NCBI RefSeq assembly: GCF_017377395.1
Contig: NZ_CP061800.1
Span: 3,429,633 to 3,493,632, forward strand
Length of the DNA stretch: 64,000 bases
Direction of reading: 5' to 3'
Source of the DNA: Desulfonema magnum
Lineage (GTDB): Bacteria > Desulfobacterota > Desulfobacteria > Desulfobacterales > 4be13
Below the pieces are notes generated by a model that saw only the letters and a list, made by a program, of their open reading frames with translations, did no database searches and was not told where the DNA came from. This document shows, piece by piece, positions 35,104-43,415 of this stretch. The first letter of the stretch is position 1; each line of letters opens with the position of its first letter. Made by a program: the position numbers and the translations under genes.

Positions 35104-35565
35104 TCAACTATCCGGAGGATGCCAGCCAGCCATCACCCAGTAACTTCGGACCTTTAAAGGATCAGAACTCAGGCAGAGCGTCTCAACTGTGGCCCGCCCA
35201 GTCGGTGTCCGTCCGATAATACAAATACCATCCTCACTCCATCGGAAATGCTGAGACCATACCTGAATACGCGGGTTGAAAAGAGGGACAATCTGATGTG
35301 CTTCCGGATCCGATGATTCAGTTTTATTCCCCTTATGACGATTACAGAAAGGACATGCCAGCCATAAGTTGGATTCATCATCACTGCCCTGTTTCGAGAC
35401 AGGGATGATGTGTTTTGTAGCAGCAGGTTTGCAAGCCCCCGCCAAGCCCCGTGGGGGCGGCATATTTGTAGCAGCAGGTTTGCAAGCCCCCGCCAAGCCC
35501 CGTGGGGGCGGCATATTTGTAGCAGCAGGTTTGCAAGCCCCCGCCAAGCCCCGTGGGGGCGGCAT
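35104..35565 (-). CDS. HNH endonuclease domain protein whose N-terminus is array-D sequence (probably 5'-truncated/overrun)
   Basis: C-terminal HNH motif HIIPVSKQGSDDESNLWLACPFCNRHKGNK. The expected upstream CxxC zinc knuckle is absent. The first ~50 aa are (MPPPRGLAGACKPAATN)x3 translated from the 51-bp array. Confidence 0.6.
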   Translation of the reverse strand: MPPPRGLAGACKPAATNMPPPRGLAGACKPAATNMPPPRGLAGACKPAATKHIIPVSKQGSDDESNLWLACPFCNRHKGNKTESSDPEAHQIVPLFNPRIQVWSQHFRWSEDGICIIGRTPTGRATVETLCLSSDPLKVRSYWVMAGWHPPDS

Positions 35566-36745
35566 ATTTGTAGCAGCAGGTTTTCAAGCCCCCGCCAAGC
35601 CCCGTGGGGGCGGCATATTTGTAGCAGCAGGTTTGCAAGCCCCCGCCAAGCCCCGTGGGGGCGGCATATTTGTAGCAGCAGGTTTTCAAGCCCCCGCCAA
35701 GCCCCGTGGGGGCGGCATATTTGTAGCAGCAGGTTTTCAAGCCCCCGCCAAGCCCCGTGGGGGCGGCATATTTGTAGCAGCAGGTTTGCAAGCCCCCGCC
35801 CAGCCCCGTGGGGGCGGCATATTTGTAGCAGCAGGTTTGCAAGCCCCCGCCCAGCCCCGTGGGGGCGGCATATTTGTAGCAGCAGGTTTTCAAGCCCCCG
35901 CCAAGCCCCGTGGGGGCGGCATATTTGTAGCAGCAGGTTTTCAAGCCCCCGCCAAGCCCCGTGGGGGCGGCATATTTGTAGCAGCAGGTTTGCAAGCCCC
36001 CGCCAAGCCCCGTGGGGGCGGCATATTTGTAGCAGCAGGTTTGCAAGCCCCCGCCCAGCCCCGTGGGGGCGGCATATTTGTAGCAGCAGGTTTGCAAGCC
36101 CCCGCCAAGCCCCGTGGGGGCGGCATATTTGTAGCAGCAGGTTTTCAAGCCCCCGCCAAGCCCCGTGGGGGCGGCATATTTGTAGCAGCAGGTTTGCAAG
36201 CCCCCGCCCAGCCCCGTGGGGGCGGCATATTTGTAGCAGCAGGTTTGCAAGCCCCCGCCAAGCCCCGTGGGGGCGGCATATTTGTAGCAGCAGGTTTGCA
36301 AGCCCCCGCCAAGCCCCGTGGGGGCGGCATCTTTGTAGCAGCAGGTTTTCAAGCCCCCGCCAAGCCCCGTGGGGGCGGCATATTTGTAGCAGCAGGTTTG
36401 CAAGCCCTCGCCAAGCCCCGTGGGGGCGGCATATTTGTAGCAGCAGGTTTGCAAGCCCCCGCCCAGCCCCGTGGGGGCTGCATATTTGTAGCAGCAGGTT
36501 TGCAAGCCCCCGCCAAGCCCCGTGGGGGCGGCATATTTGTAGCAGCAGGTTTGCAAGCCCCCGCCAAGCCCCGTGGGGGCGGCATCTTTGTAGCAGCAGG
36601 TTTTCAAGCCCCCGCCAAGCCCCGTGGGGGCGGCATATTTGTAGCAGCAGGTTTGCAAGCCCTCGCCAAGCCCCGTGGGGGCGGCATATTTGTAGCAGCA
36701 GGTTTGCAAGCCCCCGCCCAGCCCCGTAGGGGCTGCATGTTCGCA
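35400..36745. repeat. tandem array D: ~26 copies of a 51-bp unit (AAGCCCCGTGGGGGCGGCATATTTGTAGCAGCAGGTTTGCAAGCCCCCGCC)
   Basis: Period 51 measured (GTAG at 35416 and 35467). The unit is a multiple of 3 and has a stop only in one plus frame, hence the many long spurious ORFs. Variant positions (TTTTCAAG, CCCAGCC, CATCTTTG) are scattered in a patchwork pattern. Right junction ...GCATGTTCGCATTACTACT. Confidence 0.95.
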
Positions 36746-36799
36746 TTACTACTGCCGGATTTGGCAATCTGCCAGGATTATGAAAGGCCATAATTTTTT

Positions 36800-37018
36800 T
36801 TAAGCGGCCTGATAAATTGCCGGACGGAAACAGGGTTTGGGAATCGGCCTGTTTTCTGAGATTGCAGCTTGAAGCCAGGCTGCCTTTGCCCTCAGCACTT
36901 CTTTCAGAGCGTCTTCCGGTGTCTCTCCGAATGCAGAGCAGTATTTCAAATCCGGTATGTCCGCGATATATCCTTCATCTTCCTCACTGTAAAATATGTT
37001 GATATGGTAATCTTTCAT
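36800..37018 (-). CDS. hicB: type II antitoxin HicB
   Basis: 72 aa MKDYHINIFYSEEDEGYIADIPDLKYCSAFGETPEDALKEVLRAKAAWLQ, HicB/UPF0150 fold pattern; 4-bp overlap with hicA. Confidence 0.8.
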   Translation of the reverse strand: MKDYHINIFYSEEDEGYIADIPDLKYCSAFGETPEDALKEVLRAKAAWLQAAISENRPIPKPCFRPAIYQAA

Positions 37019-37272
37019 ATATCTTCCTCCATGCTCAGATTATGGCGTTCTACAATCTGTAAAAATTGTTTTATCTGGTAGGGCTTTGTTTTGCCCTTAA
37101 TATCCTGAAGGTTTATCAGTTCAGGCACGTCAGGGTGTATAAATATATGATGACTGCCGCTGACACGGTTTAAATGAAAGCCGAAGGATTCAATACATGC
37201 CACGGCTTCTGAAAAATGAATATTTTTGCCCCCTGAGAGAATCTTTTGTAATATTTTCTGTTTCTTTGTCAT
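37015..37272 (-). CDS. hicA: type II toxin HicA (mRNA interferase)
   Basis: 85 aa; ...FGFHLNRVSGSHHIFIHPDVPELINLQ matches the HicA (YcfA) GSHHxFxHP signature. Confidence 0.8.
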   Translation of the reverse strand: MTKKQKILQKILSGGKNIHFSEAVACIESFGFHLNRVSGSHHIFIHPDVPELINLQDIKGKTKPYQIKQFLQIVERHNLSMEEDI

Positions 37273-37333
37273 TCTTTAATCTTCCTGTGCCTATCGTCCG
37301 GTCATATAAGAAAAGGACTGAAGAATCTCCTTC

Positions 37334-38008
37334 TTATAATCCTCTTCTTATCCGTTCATATAGTGTCTGAAAGCTGAACGTAACCGATTCGCCGTTTATC
37401 TTTTTATACGGTGGAAACGGCTGAATCAGTTTATCCGGTGATTCTTTAGTCTTGTATTCACTATATTCGTTTATCCGAAGCCAGTTTGAACCTTTTTCGC
37501 TTTGATCAAAATAATGTTCTGCATAAACCTGCGAACTCTTATTGATACAGTAAATGACGATATTTTCTTTACCCCTGTTTTCAAGTAATGCCCATACATC
37601 TCCTGAAAAATTCGGGTCATCCTTATAATACCATTGCTGGTTCAGGATAACAAGCTCCTGTTCAAACAGCGATTTAAACTTACTTCTCTGATAGTTAAGC
37701 GGTTTTAATACGTCATCTTTTCAGTAATAAACTCTGTCAAATACATTACCCCCGTATGATCTGCGGTGGGTCTCATAATGTCGGGAAATCAGGGCATAGG
37801 CATGATTGATGCTTTTGGCTTTCTCTTTTAAAGCAGTAATATTACATTCGCAGTCCGAAAGCTCGGCTTCTTTGGTACAGCGTAAATTAATATACAAGTC
37901 TTCTTTTAAACAGATTTCGACAAAGGAGCGCTGTTTACGGAGATACAGCGGCTTTTTTATGATACCGAGTTTCTTCGCATCTTCATTACGGGGGCTTATC
38001 TGAACCAT
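37334..38008 (-). pseudogene. hypothetical protein gene interrupted by an in-frame TGA at 37721-37723 (frame continues to TAA at 37334)
   Basis: MVQISPRNEDAKKLGIIKKPLYLRKQ...VFDRVYY[TGA]KDDVLKPLNYQRSKFKSLFEQELVILNQQWYYKDDPNFSG...TFSFQTLYERIRRGL; no recognisable family. Confidence 0.45.
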
Positions 38009-38079
38009 CAGAAAAGTATTTTCGGCTAAAAACAGCTTTTTGACTTCCCTCTCCAGAATCGCCAGCTTTTTTTGATCAG

Positions 38080-38220
38080 TTACACAAAAAAGGGAACAAT
38101 CAGATCGCCGACAGTGCCGTCTTCTAATTTAGGCAAATCCCCGCCGTAGAAAAATTTTAACTCTCCATTTACTACTTTCACAGGAATTTTGACGGTCTTT
38201 TTAAATGGATCCGGTGTCAT
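38080..38220 (-). CDS. small ORF (46 aa, MTPDPFKKTVKIPVKVVNGELKFFYGGDLPKLEDG...)
   Basis: Strong GGAGGAG RBS. Its reading continues into the 38008 ORF only after a frameshift, so it may be the 5' part of the same disrupted gene. Confidence 0.4.
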   Translation of the reverse strand: MTPDPFKKTVKIPVKVVNGELKFFYGGDLPKLEDGTVGDLIVPFFV

Positions 38221-38280
38221 GTCTCCTCCGATTTCCTTTTTTAAAGTGTTTCGTTGTTCTAAACATCTTCAGATACGGAC

Positions 38281-39760
38281 GGATATCCGCATGAGCAGCA
38301 GATTTGCAAGCCCCCGCCAAGCCCCGTGGGGGCGGCATATTTGTAGCAGCAGGTTTGCAAGCCCCGCCAAGCCCCGTGGGGGCGGCATATTTGTAGCAGC
38401 AGGTTTGCAAGCCCCCGCCAAGCCCCGTGGGGGCGGCATATTTGTAGCAGCAGGTTTGCAAGCCCCTGCCAAGCCCCGTGGGGGCGGCATATTTGTAGCA
38501 GCAGGTTTGCAAGCCCCCGCCAAGCCCCGTGGGGGCGGCATATTTGTAGCAGCAGGTTTGCAAGCCCCCGCCAAGCCCCGTGGGGGCGGCATATTTGTAG
38601 CAGCAGGTTTGCAAGCCCCCGCCAAGCCCCGTGGGGGCGGCATATTTGTAGCAGCAGATTTGCAAGCCCCCGCCCAGCCCCGTGGGGGCGGCATATTTGT
38701 AGCAGCAGGTTTGCAAGCCCCCGCCAAGCCCCGTGGGGGCGGCATATTTGTAGCAGCAGGTTTGCAAGCCCCCGCCAAGCCCCGTGGGGGCGGCATATTT
38801 GTAGCAGCAGGTTTGCAAGCCCCCGCCAAGCCCCGTGGGGGCGGCATATTTGTAGCAGCAGGTTTGCAAGCCCCCGCCAAGCCCCGTGGGGGCGGCATAT
38901 TTGTAGCAGCAGGTTTTCAAGCCCCCGCCAAGCCCCGTGGGGGCGGCATATTTGTAGCAGCAGGTTTTCAAGCCCCCGCCAAGCCCCGTGGGGGCGGCAT
39001 ATTTGTAGCAGCAGATTTGCAAGCCCCTGCCAAGCCCCGTGGGGGCGGCATATTTGTAGCAGCAGGTTTGCAAGCCCCTGCCAAGCCCCGTGGGGGCGGC
39101 ATATTTGTAGCAGCAGGTTTGCAAGCCCCCGCCAAGCCCCGTGGGGGCGGCATATTTGTAGCAGCAGGTTTGCAAGCCCCCGCCAAGCCCCGTGGGGGCG
39201 GCATATTTGTAGCAGCAGGTTTGCAAGCCCCCGCCAAGCCCCGTGGGGGAGGCATCTTTGTAGCAGCAGGTTTGCAAGCCCCCGCCAAGCCCCGTGGGGG
39301 CGGCATATTTGTAGCAGCAGGTTTGCAAGCCCCCGCCAAGCCCCGTGGGGGCGGCATATTTGTAGCAGCAGATTTGCAAGCCCCCGCCAAGCCCCGTGGG
39401 GGCGGCATATTTGTAGCAGCAGGTTTGCAAGCCCCCGCCAAGCCCCGTGGGGGCGGCATATTTGTAGCAGCAGGTTTTCAAGCCCCCGCCCAGCCCCGTG
39501 GGGGCGGCATATTTGTAGCAGCAGGTTTGCAAGCCCCCGCCAAGCCCCGTGGGGGCGGCATCTTTGTAGCAGCAGGTTTGCAAGCCCCCGCCCAGCCCCG
39601 TGGGGGCGGCATATTTGTAGCAGCAGGTTTGCAAGCCCCCGCCAAGCCCCGTGGGGGCGGCATATTCGCATTACTACTACAAATATGCCGCCCCTACGGG
39701 GCTTGGCCGGCCCGGTATGATGAATGCTACAAATATGCCGTCCCTACGGGACTTCTCAAA
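38281..39760. repeat. tandem array E: ~27 copies of the same 51-bp unit as array D, ending in two inverted partial units (39669-39760)
   Basis: Same unit, orientation and right-junction sequence (GCATATTCGCATTACTACT) as array D. Inverted terminal copies caaatatgccgcccctacggggcttggcc / caaatatgccgtccctacgggac. Confidence 0.95.
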
Positions 39761-39824
39761 CACGCTCTGAAAAAAGGATTGAAAAATCCGCTTCTTATAC
39801 GAAATCCGTGTAGCGAAATTATTA

Positions 39825-42800
39825 TTATTTCAACTCCTTCCCCATCCGATACTTGATATCGTAGTTGATAATGAAATCGAGTTCTTCCTCTGTGAAGCCG
39901 TAGTGCTGGGCGAGGACTTTGTCTATTTCGTCTATGATGGGTTTGGAATATTTTGGATATATACATTGAATTTTTAATTTGCCCCATTTTTTATAATACA
40001 TTTCTATCTCTTTTGAATGATGATTGAAATCATTCATCAATTTTTTCCTAAACTCTGAAAGCAGGCCAATTGTTTGTGAATTGGTTTTAGAAATATTAAC
40101 TTTCACTCCAAAAACTTCACGTTTATTTAAATTTCTACAGTCAGATCCAATTGTTAATAGCCAGAAAAAAAGTGAAGAATTTAAAATACAAAGGAATGCG
40201 TCACGAGATTTTTCGCCATTAAATGAAAGTGTTTTTAGTTCCGATGGTTCACGTTTATTTCCTGACTCATCAAATATTGATGGAATAAAATCTAAGACTT
40301 GAACAAAACCACTTAGTTTGCGTGTATAATATAATAGAGACGAAGAATGCGGATCAAGATAATGCTGCAATGTTTTTTTCTCTTTAATAACCTTGTCCAA
40401 AATTGACGATCCTACTCTACTACCTATTTTGGGTATCAAGCCATTCAGAATAAAATCATTACAAATTTCATAAGACAAGCAGTCAAATAAACAATAACGA
40501 ACCTCGGTATTCCATTTATTATATTTTGTAGAGTAAAGCATACCTTCTGTACATTTCTTTTTATGCAATAAGACTATTGACAAACGGATATGCTCTAAGC
40601 CTTCAAATAGCTTTCCCGGTCGATCATTATAGTTACTTATTATAACATCACCGTTGCTTTGCCACATTTTTTGAAGCTTGGAATACCTATCTGTGCAAAC
40701 AGACGCGACAGGTATAATGAGACCAATTTTTCCAGATTCATTGCATATATTAACAGATTGTTCATAGCAATACGCATATAAATTGGCACAGCTTTCAGTA
40801 AGATAACTTTTTACCGTGTACTTATTCCTTATCGTTTTGTACTCCACATACGGCGGATTCCCAATAATCACATCAAACCCGCCTCTGTCCGCCACAATGC
40901 TGTAGAACTCCGCAAACCAGTGAAAGGGCTGATGAGATGCCAGCCATTTCTCATATTGCCTTTTCTGCTTTTCCGAGTCAATATTATAAACAGAAGCAAG
41001 ATAGGTATTCAGCTTGTCATTGAGAGCGCCAAGTCTTTTTGTCACTTCCTGTTTGGCGGCCTTGAAACTCTCATTGTTCATATCTTCAATGAGTTGAGCA
41101 TCTTTAAACCTTACAAACGCCTTGCTGGTCAGCCCGCACTCTTCCTTGAATTCTTCCAGTTTTTCCTGAGCAAACATCCCCTCTCTGTCTCTGACAGCCT
41201 CCATCAGCTCCGTTTCCGTGGCAAACCCCACGAGCGTATTTCCGGACCGAATATTAAAATCAATATCCGGAAGCGGCTCCAGGCCATAATTTGGCTTGCG
41301 GGGATTCATATCCACCGAGGCAACAATCCTGAGAAACAGCCTCAGCCTGGCGATTTCCACCGCCTCCTTCATAATATCCACGCCATAGAGATTGTTCAAA
41401 ATAACAGACTTGCAGATAAAATACTCCCGGCTCGGATGATCCGCAGCATTGACCTCCTTCAGCACCTTTTCAAAACACTTATCTTTTTTCGAGCTTTCCT
41501 CGGCAAACTGCTCCATCCGCTCAATACAGCCCTCATACATCGGCTCAAGAATATTCAGTGCGGCAAAGAGAAACGCCCCGGAGCCGCAGGTGGGGTCTAA
41601 AATTGAAAGCGGAGGACGATCTTTCTCGTTCGTATTTTGCGGACGCGTATAACCGGCAACCGTCTTATAAAATTCCCTGATAAGTTTCGGATCATCCGTA
41701 TTTGCAATCAGATCCGCTGTGAACTGGCGGATATTCAGATTATAAGTGATAAAATCATTGATTTCAGTGATCTCCCCGTTTTCAATCTTCTGCCTCACTT
41801 CCCCATAACGGGATCTGCGCTCAATCGTCTCCCGCCAGATTTCAGTGGGCAGGGCATACGCTTCAGGCGCGGGCGTGTTCCAGTGTTTGCGGCGTTCCAG
41901 CAAATCCGGCGCGGACGTGTCCAGCCCCACAGCAATGTTCTCAGGCAGGTCCAGTTCCACACCTTTTTTCACAGCATCATAAATATAAGCATCCCCGCTG
42001 GTTTTCAACATCTGCCATATCTCGCCATCTGGCTTGAACGGTTTTGCATACCTGCGTCTCACCGCATCAAAAACAAAGGGGATAATACAATTTTTGCCAA
42101 TATATTCCGTAATATCCTCTTTGGTGTAGTACGCGCCCATTGCAGCCCGGTCATTAATATATTTCTCAAAAATATATCCGATAACATCCGGGTTGATATC
42201 CTTGCCGCTGGCCTCGGCACGCATATCCAAAAGCCAGTTCCATTGATCAAAAAAATTGAAAACCCGCTCAAAAACCGCATCTCTGATCTGGATATCATCA
42301 AACAGAAGTTCCAGCACATGCACATCAAACAGCCCCCCGTTCAGATAAGGAATACGGCCCAGTTCCACCGACACAACCCGCCTGTCCTCGGGCTTGCCAA
42401 GCCCCTGATGAAACAGCTCAAGCAGAAATGTCCGGTAAAAATTGTAAAACTGATTTTCCCCGGCCTTTTCCCGGGTTTCCCTCAGCTTATTCTGAAGATA
42501 ATTCACATCCTGATTCAGATACCCTTTTTTCTGGATAAAATAGCAGAACATCAGGCGGCTGAACATCACAGACACATACCACTGCTTGTTTTTATTCTCC
42601 TTATCCGGCAACGCGTCATCAATCCCCTCAACAGATTGCAGAAAAGCCGTGTGATGTTTCTTGAACTCAGTATAGAATTTTTTAGTCACCTTTTCCGAAT
42701 TCTTTGCAAAATTCTCCATGACCCGTGCCTTCACATCCACAAGGGTGACACTTTCCTCCTCGTCCAGCGTGAACAAAAGTCCCTTCAGCCTTTGGAAAAG

Positions 42801-43172
42801 CCCCTCACAGTCCTGATGAGAATAATACGAAACCTCCCGGACCTGTCTGGGTTTGCCCTGTTCTCTGAGCGCAAGCTGCCAGACCTGTCGGGACCGGGCA
42901 GCATCCGTATAAATGATAAGATGCTCAAAATACGTTTTCGTGACAACATGCTCAATCTGCCTGCGGACACGGCTTAACGGAACATTGCCATTGCTCTCAG
43001 GCGGACAATACAGAACAACAAACCCCTTTTTCTCAACCACCCCCGCAAGCTCGAAAACCTCATTTCCCATCGCCACAGGCAGTGAATTATTAAAATGATC
43101 CCATCCCAGCTCATTAAAAAGCCTTTTAAAATCAAACGCATTAAGATACCGAGTGAATTTTTTCTTATTCAT
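39825..43172 (-). CDS. large N6-adenine DNA methyltransferase, PglX/Eco57I-like (gamma-class)
   Basis: 1115 aa; SAM motif I LDPTCGSGAFLFAALN and catalytic motif IV FDVIIGNPPYV. ~450 aa N-terminal and ~350 aa C-terminal regions are unassigned. Confidence 0.85.
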   Translation of the reverse strand: MNKKKFTRYLNAFDFKRLFNELGWDHFNNSLPVAMGNEVFELAGVVEKKGFVVLYCPPESNGNVPLSRVRRQIEHVVTKTYFEHLIIYTDAARSRQVWQLALREQGKPRQVREVSYYSHQDCEGLFQRLKGLLFTLDEEESVTLVDVKARVMENFAKNSEKVTKKFYTEFKKHHTAFLQSVEGIDDALPDKENKNKQWYVSVMFSRLMFCYFIQKKGYLNQDVNYLQNKLRETREKAGENQFYNFYRTFLLELFHQGLGKPEDRRVVSVELGRIPYLNGGLFDVHVLELLFDDIQIRDAVFERVFNFFDQWNWLLDMRAEASGKDINPDVIGYIFEKYINDRAAMGAYYTKEDITEYIGKNCIIPFVFDAVRRRYAKPFKPDGEIWQMLKTSGDAYIYDAVKKGVELDLPENIAVGLDTSAPDLLERRKHWNTPAPEAYALPTEIWRETIERRSRYGEVRQKIENGEITEINDFITYNLNIRQFTADLIANTDDPKLIREFYKTVAGYTRPQNTNEKDRPPLSILDPTCGSGAFLFAALNILEPMYEGCIERMEQFAEESSKKDKCFEKVLKEVNAADHPSREYFICKSVILNNLYGVDIMKEAVEIARLRLFLRIVASVDMNPRKPNYGLEPLPDIDFNIRSGNTLVGFATETELMEAVRDREGMFAQEKLEEFKEECGLTSKAFVRFKDAQLIEDMNNESFKAAKQEVTKRLGALNDKLNTYLASVYNIDSEKQKRQYEKWLASHQPFHWFAEFYSIVADRGGFDVIIGNPPYVEYKTIRNKYTVKSYLTESCANLYAYCYEQSVNICNESGKIGLIIPVASVCTDRYSKLQKMWQSNGDVIISNYNDRPGKLFEGLEHIRLSIVLLHKKKCTEGMLYSTKYNKWNTEVRYCLFDCLSYEICNDFILNGLIPKIGSRVGSSILDKVIKEKKTLQHYLDPHSSSLLYYTRKLSGFVQVLDFIPSIFDESGNKREPSELKTLSFNGEKSRDAFLCILNSSLFFWLLTIGSDCRNLNKREVFGVKVNISKTNSQTIGLLSEFRKKLMNDFNHHSKEIEMYYKKWGKLKIQCIYPKYSKPIIDEIDKVLAQHYGFTEEELDFIINYDIKYRMGKELK

Positions 43173-43194
43173 AATTTTCAGCTTTCAATTTATC

Positions 43195-43400
43195 AGTTTA
43201 ACCTCGTTAACCTCGTTAACCTCGTTAATCTCATTCCCACGCTTCGCGTGGGAATGCAGAAGGGACGCTTCGCGTCCCGTGGCTGGACGGATTTGCGTCC
43301 GGCCGCCGGACCGATTCGGGACGCGAAGCGTCCGCCGGACCGATTCAGGACGCGAAGCGTCCGCCCTGCATTCCCACGCGAAGCGTGGGAACGAGAGAAA
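43195..43400. promoter_or_regulatory. GC-rich nested palindrome cluster between the helicase and methyltransferase genes
   Basis: (CCTCGTTAA)x3, perfect hairpins CATTCCCACGC-TTC-GCGTGGGAATG and GGGACGC-TTC-GCGTCCC, 2x 32-bp direct repeat GCCGGACCGATTCGGGACGCGAAGCGTCCGCC, and a closing CATTCCCACGCGAAGCGTGGGAA. A related hairpin lies at 58195-58225. Confidence 0.5.
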
Positions 43401-43415
43401 CGAGAGAACTAATTC

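Noticed and set aside
37721-37723. Selenocysteine at the in-frame TGA
   Set aside because: The context is YY-U-KDD, with no CxxU/UxxC redox motif and no obvious SECIS-like hairpin immediately downstream. A pseudogene is more parsimonious, but it was kept as a low-interest finding.
35400-39760. CRISPR array or long repetitive protein genes (ORFs 35169-36793, 38189-39856 on both strands)
   Set aside because: Units are identical 51-bp repeats with no spacers. The long ORFs exist in five of six frames simply because the unit lacks stop codons. Overlapping mutually antisense ORFs cannot all be genes.
39727-39987. 86-aa ORF overlapping the MTase 3' end
   Set aside because: It is out of frame within the MTase gene and the array junction. 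Its basic, Arg-rich composition is typical of an alternative-frame artefact.
41637-42977. 446-aa plus ORF inside the MTase gene, and the 464-aa plus ORF 43560-44954 inside the helicase gene
   Set aside because: Both are antisense to genes with strong catalytic motifs and have no motifs of their own.
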